Assembly (NCBI GenBank): GCA_002633005.1
Contig: NMRA01000015.1
Location: forward strand, 132,054 to 196,053
Reading direction: 5' to 3'
Length of the DNA stretch: 64,000 nt
Source of the DNA: Phoronis australis
Taxonomy: Eukaryota; Animalia; Phoronida
Shown here: positions 39,196-52,781 of the stretch, piece after piece
How positions within the stretch are numbered: position 1 is the stretch's first letter
Layout of the letters: each line of letters begins with the position of its first letter
Made by a program: the position numbers and the translations under genes
The notes under the pieces: model-generated
The model's input: only the letters and a program-made list of their open reading frames with translations
Database searches by the model: none
Told to the model about the DNA's origin: nothing

Positions 39196-39975
39196 CCCTC
39201 TGCCTGGAGTTGGTCAATCATAGGGCCTATGTACATTCTATATACCCCTCTACCTATAGTTGGTCAATCATAGGGCCTATGTACATTCTAAATACCCCTT
39301 TACCTGGAGTTGGTCAATCATAGGGCCTATGTACATTCTATAGACCCCTCTACCTATAGTTGGTCAATCATAGGGCCTATGTACATTCTATATACCCCTC
39401 TACCCAGAGTTGGTCAATCATAGGGCCTATGTACATTCTATATACCCCTCTACCCAGAGTTGGTCAATCATAGGGCCTATGTACATTCTATATACCCCTC
39501 TACCCAGAGTTGGTCAATCATAGGGCCTATGTACATTCTATANNNNNNNNNNNNNNNNNNNNNNNNNNNNNNNNNNNNNNNNNNNNNNNNNNNNNNNNNN
39601 NNNNNNNNNNNNNNNNNNNNNNNNNNNNNNNNNNNNNNNNNNNNNNNNNNNNNNNNNNNNNNNNNNNNNNNNNNNNNNNNNNNNNNNNNNNNNNNNNNNN
39701 NNNNNNNNNNNNNNNNNNNNNNNNNNNNNNNNNNNNNNNNNNNNNNNNNNNNNNNNNNNNNNNNNNNNNNNNNNNNNNNNNNNNNNNNNNNNNNNNNNNN
39801 NNNNNNNNNNNNNNNNNNNNNNNNNNNNNNNNNNNNNGGAATTGGTCAATCATAGGGCCTATGTACATTCTATAGACCCCTCTACCCGGAATTGGTCAAT
39901 CATAGGGCCTATGTACATTCTATAGACCCCTCTACCTGGAATTGGTCAATCATAGGGCCTATGTACATTCTATAT
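39196..39975. repeat. 50-bp minisatellite spanning an assembly gap
   Basis: Unit GAGTTGGTCAATCATAGGGCCTATGTACATTCTATATACCCCTCTACCCA, near-identical copies on both sides of the Ns. Confidence 0.95.
39543..39837. other. Assembly gap (295 N)
   Basis: Run of N. Confidence 0.99.
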
Positions 39976-40520
39976 TCAGTGACCTGTCCCACATTGTTAA
40001 TGTGTATTTATCATAATACTGCCCAAGCACTTTAAACAGCTCTGGCAGTGGCCGTCCAATGGGATTTTGCTAGACTTGTCTCTCTCTCTAAGTCTCTGGT
40101 TACTATAGCGGAGGTGCTTTACTCCCCCCATGCAGGCTCTTAGGGCATCAAAGGGATTCTGGCCACAAGGTATGCTCCAGCCAAGCAGCAAGTCAAGCCT
40201 GTTCATAAAGACTTGACCAAGTTAATTGAGAATGTAAAGTAGTGGCCCTAAGATATCAAGCTTACTGCATTGGAAACACAAATGATGGGATTGGTTACAA
40301 GCTGTCTGCTGGTGATCAGTGAGGGTGTAATTTGTAAATACAAGTCATGTAACTATTTGAAAATCACATAAAGGCAATTAGGCACCAGGCATGGACCCTC
40401 TGGAGTTGGCAGGCCACCAAATCTGGAGGGTCAGAAAACCACAAGTCATTCCACTTGATTACTCTTTATTTTACTTTAATCAGACAGTGTTAGAGTTGGC
40501 TGAAGAATTCATTAGTTTAA

Positions 40521-41042
40521 AGGCCCTTTCATACCAATGTGGATGTCTTGATGTTTTGGGGAGTGGCTGTCAGTATAAACAATTAACGTTGGTCCTGGAT
40601 CTAAGGTTATAACAGCGCCAATTAACATCGCAGTAAACTGGTGGATTTAACATCTATGCATCGATGCTGCAGTGCAGTATGGTCAACTACGGTCCCACTG
40701 AAGTTCTCACCAGGAGCCACTGTCATCGTCAACAATTAAAGGGCAGTGTCATCACTAATAGTTGCTTATATTTTGCTTGAATAATCACCAATCTCCTTCA
40801 AATTAGAAATGTTTTATGTCAATTAGCACATGAATGCTCCTAATTTGTCACATTAAAAAATCTTAGCGTGCCCACAATGCATCAGCGCTACCGTGTTATT
40901 ACTTCGATAAAAACAGCGTGACCTACTATTTGCTTCAATGTCCGTTAACTAATGAAGCCGGTATGAATGGTTCAGTTAACTCCGAAGTTTACATCAATGC
41001 TCCACTCAGACCAGAGTTAAGTCAGTAAGAATGAAAGGGCCT
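40521..41042. mobile_element. PIF/Harbinger-like MITE, TAA TSD
   Basis: TAA|AGGCCCTTTCAT ... ATGAAAGGGCCT|TAA; inverted sibling at 51194-51671. Confidence 0.85.
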
Positions 41043-43324
41043 TAAGACAAATGACGTCAAATAAAAATTGATAGTAATAAGTAAAAAGTTCACGACTTCT
41101 GCAGCTGTCGAAGTCATCACGGTTGTCAACATTACATTAATCATTACACTTTAAATGGTTTCTTTTAACTTCTATGAGACTTTGCTTTTTGTCTTAGTAA
41201 AATGCAGTCAAAAATGTTTAAACAAATGAATATATATAATTACTGCAATACTTGAACTTTCCTCTGATAATTTTACAAGACAAAGGAACTCCTATTAAAA
41301 TGGGCAATAGTTCACCCAGGTGCAGATTTCAGCTCGTCGCGGTCTGTTTAAAGTCGGACATCATGCACTGCCTTGAACTGAGTCACTTATCGGACATTTG
41401 TGCAACTAAACATTTTGGCAACCTCAACTTTGAATTTGCCACCTCAGATTTTGCCAAGCTTGTAAGAAGTAACTTCAGTGTTTTCTTGATGTCCGAAGTT
41501 GACATATGCAATGAATGACTGAATGAAGTTTAGTATGAGCTCAATAATACGTTGGGACAAACAGACAGGAAATTTAATGTGCTGAACGTGGTCTTAAATA
41601 AAAAAGTTAGTAAGATAGAATCTTAACAATTTCAAACAAAAATAATTGCCAAAACTGCACTTTTTCATTTTTCAAGGTGTTCTCAACCGTTGTTGTAAAT
41701 GGCCACATTATCTGTTGTTACCTATGGTACAGAACTTAGATATGGTATATCATTTATGAAAAAACGAGAAAATAAAATATCATCTGTCCAAAGTATTGTG
41801 TTTTACGTTGGCGAGACATAACTCTATCAAATATCACCAGACCACCGAATTGCATCTTGGATTGGTGAGACGTAACTCTGTCAAATATCAACTGTCCACC
41901 GTATTGTGTCTTCATTTGAGACGTAACACAAGTGGGTCAATTACCGGGCTCCTTCGTTATCCTCTAAATAGTCAGGTCCACACAAGCGAGTCAATTACTG
42001 TGTAATCTGTCTGATTTAGGGCATACTATGGATGATAAGTGAGATTTACCCTTTTTTTTGAAAAGTACGTAGCACCACATTAAATGCATTTCTATATTCA
42101 AGTATCACAGTTAACTTCAAAAAAAAGTTTTGAAAAATTATGGGCATTCATAATGATGTTAAAAACACTTATATAGTCAAAAAAGTCATTTTTTGCAATA
42201 TTTTTGTTCGAAATTGCATGCTATTTTAAAACATATACAAAAGGAGTCAGAAAATTATTGAGTACATGCCTACAGTAAGCAAGTATAATAAATTCTTTCT
42301 CATCGAAAAACAAAGACTGACTATTAAGTACTAAAGCCTGTAGAATGATGCACCATAATAAGCGCAATCAAATACATATAAATACAAAATTCATTTTCTA
42401 CTGCCCGGAAGGAGAGGAGCATTCAGATTCATAAGAATTCTGAACATCACTCTTTCAATGGAAGACATGATGCTATATTTGAAACACTACACAAACACAA
42501 CAAGCATTGGCACAAATATCTTGACATTAATACACACTCCTTTGTACTCAAACATCAGGTAGGATATTGTGGAGCACCGAGTCAATTTGTTTTTCTGGAT
42601 TTGTCTTATTTCGTCTTATAATGACAAACAGACCTTTAAATAACTACAGTATGACACTGTTGCTCTAATACTGAGAGTAACTTAATGAACAATTGGGCAC
42701 AGGCGTTTAAAGTAACGCATGCAGACCAGGGGCAAGTTATATCCAAGATAAAAAAAAAAGACGGGCATAACTTCCATTTTAATGTGAACACATTTCAATG
42801 GTGTGGTTCATGATGGTGGTTGTAGAGTCTGAATATCAAAAGTTATCAACTTTGCATCAGTGGCAATGTTTTTGCCCTTCTAAAATGCAAATATCGCATT
42901 TCCATTAACCATTCTACCAACGGACTTTCAGCTTTTTCAAAATGGGCCTCAGGAACCTGCTACATGAAATGCTTCTGCGGTCTTCAGTTAAATAGTTTGC
43001 AACAGGCCAACAACTGTCATGTGATACATGATCGCGTAAAACCTGACATTTTGTTATCCTGTGAATAACTTCCATGAAGGGGACCCCAGAATTGAGCATC
43101 ATACTCTCGCAGGAAAGAGTTATGTTTGAATTTTACTCGATCACCAACATTATCTGGTTATCTGTTATTTCAACACATCTATTAAATGTTACCCCAAATC
43201 ACTGACAACTGCTTTTACTTGTGATGTCAGATCAAATGTTTGGTCGTCTGATGACAGAACTGCAACAGCAGACATGATCCATGGCTATATGCTCTTGAGA
43301 ATACGGAACCATTACAATCGCACC

Positions 43325-43578
43325 TCATGAAATCCTCTCCGATTTAAGCACCTTGGCTTCATTGTACTCCTCATCCGTCAGTATTCCATTCACCATGACG
43401 ATCTGGTACTGCTTGGCCTTGAGACCGTACGAAGTACGCCTGAGTGTGCGCATCAAATTGCTGTCAATTGTGCCATGGAACAGCACCATCTGTTTCCTGC
43501 TACAGCTAGGGTCAAAGATCAACAGCTTGGTGGCGCCACCTGTGAGCTCTTCCAGTCCCACAATGGTACGGCTATGGC
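43325..43578 (-). CDS. ZUP1: ZUP1 last coding exon (catalytic His and Asp, stop)
   Basis: caccacag|GC CAT AGC: GHSRTIVGLEE...LLIFDPS...QYQIV...SERIS*; TGA at 43325-43327. Confidence 0.95.
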
Positions 43579-44034
43579 CTGTGGTGAAGGAAAATACCTT
43601 GAATTTAGTAAACGTGTCACAACAAATTGTGATTTTATTTTAATTATTTTTCTGAGATTCCTGGGATGTAATGTTCATTTTCCATCAGATATTTTTTTCT
43701 CCAAAAAAGTAAACTTTTTGATAATGATTGTTGCTACTCATAGCCAAATACATAACTTGCAAAATGGAGGGTTTTATTGATGAAATTTTCCACGAGTTTT
43801 TCACATGAAAATTGATGTCATCATTTCTTAAATTTCCATGATGAGTGGCAAGAATGCAAAAGACTGCACCACAAAGAGATTCGCATTACAGTGAAATAAC
43901 ACACTGTCAAGTTTTGAGCATTGTTTTAAACACAATAACCACACACAAGAATGAATATCCAGTAATGCCAAAAATTATAGGACAAAATTACCCGGAATTC
44001 CCAGTCAAGACGGCTGAGTGCAAGCAGAATTCTC

Positions 44035-44447
44035 TGTACTGTAGCACGTTTTGACTTGTACTGAAGCATGGTTTTGACTTGTACTGAAGCATGGTTTTGA
44101 CTTGTACTGAAGCATGTTTGACTTGTACTGAAGCATGTTTGACTTGAACTGAAGCATGTTTTGACTTGTACTAAAGCACATTTTGACTTATACTGAAGCA
44201 TGTTTGACTTGTACTGAAGCACGTTTTGACTTGTACTGAAGCATGTTTTGACTTGTACTGAAGCATGTTTTGACTTATACTGAAGCATGTTTGACTTGTA
44301 CTGAAGCATGTTTTGACTTGTACTGAAGCACATTTTGACTTATACTGAAGCATGTTTTGACCTGTACTGAAGCATTGTTTTGACTTGTACTGAAGCATGT
44401 TTTGACTTGTACTGAAGCATGTTTTGATTTATACTGAAGCATGTTTT
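44035..44447. repeat. Minisatellite, 21-23 bp unit TTTTGACTTGTACTGAAGCATG
   Basis: About 19 copies in the last ZUP1 intron. Confidence 0.95.
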
Positions 44448-45179
44448 CAGGGAAAAAATTGGTCAGTGTATCTGTTCATTAAAATGAGGTGTAGACACAG
44501 AAGAAACGAGCAAAGGTGTGTTCATGGCAACTAAACTGAACTGAGTTGTAACTTTTTAACAGTAAGTAAACACTACTGTTCACATTGAGACATAACTGTT
44601 TTACAACTGTGCTACAATCCACAATGAGTTATTATGACTGCAAACTAAAGCACATTCCAAGAGTTTAAAACAGTGCTGCAATTATAACTTCTGCAATCAA
44701 TCTTAATTTGTTCACACCGAGAGATACAATGTTTAAGTGTTTTGGTGTGAACACAGTTAATGCCACTTAACAAGTACTATGCACAGTTAATAGGCAACAG
44801 TAATTAATACTTAACTTATCATAAATAGTGATTTGCATTCATTTGGTACTAAAATAAAACTAAAACACCAGCTTTCCCCCTTTTTTCTACAATGCACCTT
44901 ACACACAAATCAAGTGGAGTTTATCAATAGTTCTTATGAGGCTAGTTTTTCTGTTGTAAATTTGATTTCTTCTATTTTGAAATCAGTGGATTTGACTTGT
45001 AAGTACGTACCACTGTATGTGCCTTTAATACTAATGATATTTATTTAACTTTATACAACTCGTTCATTTTTCATGAAAATATTATGCAGCAAATGAAACA
45101 TACAACAACCCACTTCAAGACCTAGAAAAAGTAGTTGTGCGAGGAGCAATTTGAAAATTGTCAGCGTCTGACAACAAAC

Positions 45180-45307
45180 CTTGATGCTGTAGGTATAAAG
45201 GAGGTTTGAAGGCATCTGTCTTCTTGAAGTAGTTCCTCACCCACTCAAACAGTTTGGGGTGAGCACCATTTGGGTCGGACGGATGGTGAAAGTCTATAAG
45301 CTGGGCT
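45180..45307 (-). CDS. ZUP1: ZUP1 catalytic-domain exon
   Basis: tttcag|AGCC...CAAG|gtttgt; AQLIDFHHPS...HPKLFEWVRNYF...PPLYLQHQ; 128 nt, phase 2 to 1. Confidence 0.95.
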
Positions 45308-45339
45308 CTGAAATACACGGTTATGCAATAATCAAACAT

Positions 45340-45700
45340 AACATAACCCACATATCATTGTCGGATCTACGGTGTCACGGTGGGGTACATCTTCCCTAAT
45401 ACCATGACCCACATATAATTGAATGATTAAGGATGTCACGGTGAGACAGGTCTTCCTCAATAAAATGACTCACATATCATCGCCTGATCTAGGATGTCGC
45501 GGTGGGGTGGGTTTTCCCCCATAACATGACCCATATATCATAGTCAAATCTACTACATTGTGGTGGGGTGGGTCTTCCTAAATAACATGACTCACATATC
45601 ATTAGCCGATTTAGGATGTCGCGGTGAGATAGGTCTTCCTCAATAATATGACCCACATATTATTGGCTGTTCTAGGATGTCGGGCTGGGGTGGGTGACCC
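45340..45700. repeat. Minisatellite, ~61 bp unit
   Basis: About 6 copies of ATGACCCACATATCATT..CTAGGATGTCGCGGTGGGGTGGGTCTTCC. Confidence 0.9.
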
Positions 45701-46679
45701 AACTAGAATTTCCAAAAACCCTCAAACGATATACTGTCACCTTCTTTGGTCATGACAGAATAAGTACTCAGAGTCATCTAGGCCCCCTGCTGCCTTTGCA
45801 TAATGTATAATACATACAAGTAGTGAAGGTCTAGCTACATCTCATACTTTGGCAGGAGACATGTAGCACATATTCAATATGTATTAAGATACAGTAGAGA
45901 TATGCAACAATTAAACTTATAGCCAAAATATTTGTGTAGTCATATCATCTAAAAAGAACTGTTTTTTTTTCAAACTTACTTTTGCTATAATTAAATTGTA
46001 TTTAAACAGTTAATGAATTCAACATAAGAGAAAAAAACATTTTCTTTAATTTGTTATAATCAATTAAAACTATTTCCTTCAATAGGGCCGCCCCGGATTA
46101 CACAGCGATAGAACTGTCGTTCGTCCCAGAGATAAGAAAGAGCGTGACCTAGCTTTGGAAGTGAGGCACATTGATGTCGCGTCGGTGTTGCAACCCACAG
46201 CACAGCAGTAATACTTTCGGTGGCATTGGAAGAACGAATGAATAGAGTAATGCAACCAAGAAAAACTTGTAAAGAATCAGACAAGAACAAATAACATGTG
46301 AAACTCCAGTGACACGAAAGCGAGGCAGGAAATGTTCCTGACTGATGTTTACGGCATTGTGGGTAAATACAGCGATATTCGAGTGTCGCTTTGTAATCTG
46401 AGAAAGCCCCATTGAACTACATCACCGAAATTTTTTGATTTTTTTACTAAATGAAACCCAATGAATATTTATAATACAGAGGCAATAAGTTGAAGACAAG
46501 AAGTTTTTACAATTTTCAGAGATAGTGAATAATCAGACACATTGTTTTTTCAACAATAATGGCTCTTGTTATTAAGTATAACTGAATTGAAACCTGCAAT
46601 ATAATTTCATGTAAAATTAGTGTTTTCACTTATATTATAAAATTTCCCACTGGTTTTTACCTTTTGCCCCATGCCAGGT

Positions 46680-46880
46680 GGTGCGGTGTGGCTTAGTGGG
46701 ATAAGTGTATGCTTCCTATACCCAAGGTCAGGGGTTCGAGCCCCAGTGGGGCACAATACTAGACACTTGAGTCAGGTCTCTAACTCCTCAGCTCCGTTTT
46801 AACTCTATGTTTACAAAGTATAAAAATAGTTCCAGGTAATCAGTGCAATGAACCCACCTGAGCAGCTTGCAATTATTATT
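46680..46880 (+). mobile_element. tRNA-derived SINE
   Basis: A-box TGGCTTAGTGG (46689), B-box GGTTCGAGCCC (46733), non-tRNA body, (ATT)n tail. Confidence 0.75.
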
Positions 46881-46999
46881 TATATCACTTTCCACGATTT
46901 TTTCATGCAGCTGTTGAACTATTTAGTTTTCCTATGTCCAGGTTTTCCGTGAGGACTTGGAACTGTGTAAAAGAGTTTGCTTGCAAAGGAGACACTCAC

Positions 47000-47168
47000 T
47001 TGACCTTCAGTGAACACAATATAGCCATGATCTCTGTAGCACCGATCCACTTATTAGTGTTCTTGACCCTGCCGCCCAGCTGGTCGCATCCCTCTTGATC
47101 AAAGCCCTTGTTCCAGGCTGTCTCCAACAGCTGCTGAATTTTGGTTATAGATGGAATCAAAGGACGCC
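47000..47168 (-). CDS. ZUP1: ZUP1 catalytic-domain exon
   Basis: cttcag|GG...GTCAA|gtgagt; RPLIPSITKIQQLLETAWNKGFDQEG...KWIGATE; 169 nt, phase 1 to 2. Confidence 0.95.
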
Positions 47169-48505
47169 CTGAAGAAGGCAAATAATATAACAATTGTCAA
47201 AAGATTTTGAGGATTGATGGCTTAAGTTAAAAAGGCAAATACACAAAAATTCAAAAGATCTTGCAGACAGGTAAAATATGTGGATGGCCTGAGAAAGACA
47301 AAGAGAAATGGTCAAAAGGTCTTACAGGTGAATGAAATCAGTAGACAGTCACAGGAAGACAAATGGATAAGTTGTCGAAAGGAACCAATGAACTTCTTGC
47401 AGAAAGCAAACAGCAAAAGGCCTTGGAGATACATAGAATCACTGGTACACCTGAAGAAAGCTGAGTCAAAGGTTGTGCAGGTGGGTGGAAATAGTTGGTA
47501 ACTTCAGAAAATGAAAACAGGGAAGTGCTCAAAATGTCTTGGAGATGGATCGTATTACCAGACGTCTTTAGGACAACAGAAAAATGGACAAAAGGTCTTA
47601 CAGATAGGTGGAATCAAAAAATGGACAAAAGATCTTACAGATAGGTGGAATCAAAGGATGACTTAAGTAAGTCAAATGGAGGGTGCAAAAATGGTTTTGG
47701 AGATATATAAACTCAGGGGACAGGCTGATGATGATAAGTAAAGAAGTGCCCAGAATGTCTTGGAGATAGATGGAATCAGCAGACAGCCTGAGGAACAAGG
47801 ACCAACATACGATAGTCCATAGGTTTTGGAGATAAATAAAATTATTGGTTGGCCCAAGGAAGGCAAATGGTGATTCAGAAGTGCTAAAAGGGTCTTGGAA
47901 ATTGGTGACATCATTGAGGCTTGAGAAAGGCAAACAGAGAAGGGTTCAGAGGCTCTTCGATATAATGGAATTGATGGAGTAAACGGTCTCAGAAAGGTGA
48001 TTAGAGAATGGTCAAAAAGGTCTTGGAGACACTGAATCAGAGAATTTCCTGATGAAAGCAAACAGGAAAATGATCAAAAGGTGGAAAGTTAAATAGAAAG
48101 GTGTGGCTAAAAAGTTCTTGGAAACAGATGGAAATAGTAAATAGTCTGAGGATGGCTAATAAGAAAATGATCAAAAGGATGTGAAGATAGGAATCGGTAG
48201 ACTTCTTCAGGAAAGCAACTGAGAAGTGGTCAAAAATGACTGGTGGAATACATGGTAGGACTGAGGAAAGCAAAAATACAGAAATCAGGTAAAAAGCGAC
48301 TTTCAGATAGGTGGAATCAGCAGATGGCTCGAAGAGGACAGATGCAAAAATGGCAAAAAAGTATCAGGGATGAATTTAATTAATAGATGCCCTGAAAAAG
48401 GCAAACACAGAAATGGTCTAAGTAATAGGAAATACAAAGAACTGTCAAAAAGTCTGGATGTTTGATGGAATCCATACAGAGCCAGTGCAAGGCAAACAGA
48501 ACTGC
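47145..48505. repeat. Degenerate ~60-bp tandem array overlapping a ZUP1 splice acceptor
   Basis: About 20 diverged copies of GATAGATGGAATCAGTAGACGGCCTGAAGAAGGCAAACAGAGAAATGGTCAAAAGGTCTTGGA. Confidence 0.8.
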
Positions 48506-48628
48506 GAAGATAGCTGTGGTTTCAAGAAAGGATTTGACTACACCAGTAATTATTACTAACCATCATGTTAAGAAACACCAATATGACCACAGCTTCCGTT
48601 TCTTAGCAAATTTTTTCAAAACAAATAA

Positions 48629-51120
48629 ACAAGATCAACACTGGGGCATTGACATGCACCCACCGGGCATCGCAAACCATATGTTTCTAAGGGCCACTAG
48701 GACGTGCTGCACTAGTCAAACCAGCCCCAAAATCAAATGGTTCTGACACATTGTCATTATATACGTCTGAGTTATGTTTCATTAAAATCCGTCAATCAGT
48801 TCTCTAGATATCATCAGTAAATGTTCTCCAAAACAACACCTGAAAAGTCCCTGGCGAGAACAAAATGGTGCTGGCACATAGTCATCATATACCACTTTGT
48901 AAAGTTTCATTGAAATTTGTCATTCGATTCTCTAGATACCATCCACAATCTTCCCCCAAACAACACAAATCTACCACGAAGGGTCTGGCGCATTGATATC
49001 ACATATGGCTGTGACTAGTTTCGTTGACATCCCTCAATCGTTTCTTAGATATCATGTGGAACAACACATGAAGGCCCCTTGAGAACAAAATGGCCACTAA
49101 GAAGACAGTGCAGCAGTAGTTAAGTCTGCCCGAAAATTTAATGGTGATGGCGCATTGATATCGCATATCTCTGCCAAGTTTCATTGAAATCCGTTAATCG
49201 GTTCTCTAGATATTATTCTAAAATCCTCTTTCACAATATAACCACAAGGAGGTGCTGCAGTGGTCGAAACCATTCAAAAATTGCACATTGACATTGTATG
49301 CCTATATCATATTGAAATCCATCAGGCGGTTATCTCCATGTCATCCAGAAATGCTCTTTCCCCAAACAACACTTAAAAAGTCACTCGCCAAGAACAAAAT
49401 GGCCATTAGGAAGTGCTAAAATGGTAGACATATGCCCAAAAATTTAATGGAGCCGGCACATTGTCATCATATATCTTTGTGCCAAGCAACAAGATTAACA
49501 CCCTTAAATAACTTGAGCACATCTTTCATTGAATCGGCTTGACTGGCTGCTTGACTGGGGTAAGGCACCTCGCTTAGGCTAGTCTTGGTGCAATTATGGT
49601 GTTTTCCCGTTGATCACAACTTGTTCGATTCTATAACCCAACAAGAAAAAGTTAGGAAGATGACCCCTGTAGCCAATATCTTACACGACTGATTAAACCC
49701 ATTCTGGTATTTATGGTTGAAGGGCCAGCTCTTTTTTTTGTTCGATAATTGCTCTAATCTCCAGTATTCTAGCCTGACTGGACTGTGCTGCTAAAAATAA
49801 AAGTTAAGTTATAACATAATTCAACATAAAACAATGGCGGATTTATAAGGGGGCCATGCCCCCCTAAAATTCTTCCAGATTCCATTTGGCAGTTCGGGGG
49901 TGTGAATGTCTGACAGGAAAAATCCTGCCCCTCCCAACTCAAAATCCTGGATGCACCCCTATAAACCAATTCTGAATTCCTTGTCAAATGTTGATCATGT
50001 TTAGTTTTTGAATCGCCAAAATCGCTTGACTGCAACCGAAGTTATGACAACCTATTCTTTCCAAATGTATCAATTCGCTCTGGGTTTCATTGTGTTCGCA
50101 CGTGGTCTGTAATAAGCCTGGTAGATAATTGGCCTGCCCGATGTCATACCAGACAAAAGACTGTGCTTGGCAGTTAACAAAGGAGCTAGATGTTATCACA
50201 TGCTCACAACCCTCTACGTCTGGTAAAGTCACTGAACGGGAGGATGCCGTAATGGCAGCAAGGTCAGTAAACGCTATTCTCGTAGCATGTTTAAAGTCCA
50301 TTGTTGAGAGCAAAATGGCCACTAGGAGTTGCAGCAGTCCAATCTGCCTGCAAATTTAATCATGCCATTGCATTGACATCACATACTTCTGAGTCAAGTT
50401 TCAATAAAAACCATCAGCAAATGCTCTACTCCAAAATGGCCAATAGGAGATGGTCAAGTTGGCCCGAAAATGAAATGGTGCTGGCACACCTGGCAGCATA
50501 TACCTCTGTGCCAAGTTTCATCAAAATCCCTCTGTTGGTTCACTAGATATCACCCAGAAATGCTCGTTCCCCAAACTACACTTAAAAAGCCCATTGTCGA
50601 AAACAAAATGGCCACTAGGAAATGCTATAGTGGTCGAACTCGCTCCAAAATTTAATGTTGTTTCCGCATTTCCAACACATACCTCTGTGACAACTTTCAT
50701 AAAAATCGTTCACTTGCATCTTTACATATCGTCTGGAAACATTCTCATACATAATGGCCACTAGGAGCTGCTGCAATAATCTGCCACTGAGAAAATCAAA
50801 TGAGGACAGCACATTCACATGATATACCTTTGTGTCAAGTCTCATTGAAATCCGTCAATCGGTTCTTTACATATCATATGGAAACTGTCGTCCTCCAAAC
50901 AATACTTGAAAAGTCCTTGTTGAAGAAATAAAAATGGCCACTAGGAAGTGTTGCAGTGGCCCAATCTGCCTGAAAATTAAATGGTGCTAGCGCATTGGCA
51001 TCACATACCTCGGTTAAGTTTGATTAAAATCCTTCCCCCTGACCCCTGGCGTTGAGGTAGATTGAAAAGTGGCATGAACCATTTCAGTGATGCCCTACAC
51101 CCTTGTGACAGGAGAAAAGC
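48629..51120. mobile_element. HINE-like element with tandem internal repeats, interrupted by an insert at ~49490-50285
   Basis: Starts ACAAG; many copies of AAAATGGCCACTAGGA and CAAGTTTCATTGAAATCC; same family as 56280-57470. Confidence 0.72.
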
Positions 51121-51193
51121 AATATGTGCATATCTAATTAGCCCTATAATAGAGTTTGTGTATTCTATTGAATGGCTCATAGTAAAACTGTAA

Positions 51194-51671
51194 AAGCCTT
51201 TTCATAGTGACTTAACTACAGTCTTAGCGGAGCATCAACGTAAACTGTGAAGTTCCCGTTAATATACCAGCTTCAGATATCGAAGTAAACGGTACGTGAC
51301 ACTTTTGTCATCGAAGTAATCGCAAGGTAGCGCTGCACGCTAAGGTTCTTTTAATGTGACAACTTGGGAACATTTTCATGTGCTAAATGATATAAAACTT
51401 ATTTTTAATTTGACTGATGATTATTTGACCAAAATATAAGCAACTGTTAGCGACAACACTACCCTTTAATTGTTGATGATAACAGTGGCATCTGGCACTA
51501 AATTCAATGGGACCGTTCATACTGCAGCGCAGCATCGACACTGCGCTCTTAAATCCACCTGTGAAGTTAACTGGCGCTGTTAACTTCGATCCAGGACCGA
51601 AGTTAACCGTTCATACTGACCGTTCATACTCCCCAAAACATCGACGCATCGACGTTAGTATGAAATGCCCT
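51194..51671. mobile_element. PIF/Harbinger-like MITE, inverted relative to 40521-41042
   Basis: TAA|AAGCCTTTTCAT ... ATGAAATGCCCT|TAA; the reverse complement aligns to the 40.5 kb copy along its length. Confidence 0.82.
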
Positions 51672-52589
51672 TAAGGCAAGTGGTATTCATTTAGACAGAA
51701 ACCTGTCCAGACAAGTGGAGTACTGATGCTGAAGGTGTAAAGATCCAAGTATAATAAGGTGCAGGAATCTTGACTAAAAATTGTATTGTGTGATGTATTG
51801 CTTAGCAACACTAATGGCAGCAGTTTAGACCACAGGTAGCTAAACATTTGTGTCACAGAACGACACATTTAGTGTTCTGTGGCCGGTAGCATGAAACAGT
51901 CCCAAATAGGGACGCAACTAAGTTCCCTCAGTCTTTTTGCATATTTGTGTCTTTATGGACTCACAAATGCAATAGTTTTCTATCATTTCATCTTTATTAT
52001 GAGGTCCTCTTTTGTTTAATGACATTTTCTAATAATATGAAAACTGAGCTCAGAGTTGATTGAAAATAAATATGGACTTAGTCCTTAAAATGGGGGTGTT
52101 GCCTGTAATACCAGTAACACCTGTCATGGACAGGATCATTGGGGATGTGTTGGTGCATTAATCCCCTCCCCAGACAATTGGAGGTGTTGCATGAAAAGAT
52201 CCCTACTTGTTTTTGATAATATTGACAATTTAACATAGAATCTGTCTGTCTCGCGTCTGTTTTTGAGTACAAAGATTACGACCCCGGGTCCTTGACAAGG
52301 GTAATTTTTCACTTAGCACACAAGTCAAATTCTATTTTGTTAAATTTCTCCACAAAAAAATTGTATTAAAAAAAATTTTAGTCCATTGTTTGCAGTGAGC
52401 AGACGTCCTAAAACAACATTTGGTAAAGTTTCAATTATATGCAGCAGTGTTAATTAAGCATTTGAAAATTTGTATAATGACAATTATGGTAATTATTTGT
52501 ATAATGACAATTATGATAATTACATTTGTTTGAAATAAGTGGTTCCAAGTACCAGAATCTGTTATTCTAGCATGAGCATAAAATCCTAC

Positions 52590-52781
52590 CATTGAACAAA
52601 ACCTTTTGATATGTAGTGCTCTGTGCAAGGGAAGACAGCATCATTTGTAGATTACGATAGCCACATCCCCAACCTCGGTCCCCATAGGAAGCGCCATAGT
52701 GATCGACATAAGAACACAGGTACACATTGCAGATGTTTGGCGATCGTTTGACATAATAGCCACGCAGACGTGCCATGATAC
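52590..52781 (-). CDS. ZUP1: ZUP1 exon containing the catalytic Cys
   Basis: tttctag|GT...AATG|gtagga; GIMARLRGYY...VDHYGASYGDRGWGCGYRNLQMMLSSL; 192 nt, phase 1 to 1. Confidence 0.96.

Noticed and set aside
39196-39975. 50-bp repeat array and X-filled ORFs
   Set aside because: Head-to-tail minisatellite without unique spacers; the ORFs are artefacts of the N gap.
43926-44398. Repetitive ORFs (MLQYKSK.., CFSTSQ..)
   Set aside because: Translation of a 21-23 bp intronic minisatellite whose unit length does not preserve frame.
46680-46755. tRNA gene
   Set aside because: Has A and B boxes but I could not form a proper cloverleaf, and it continues into a SINE body and tail; same for 23780-23856.
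47598-48273. Hydrophobic 78-129 aa minus-strand ORFs in the ZUP1 intron
   Set aside because: Read-through of the pyrimidine-rich 60-bp array; no domain signature and frames shift between units.
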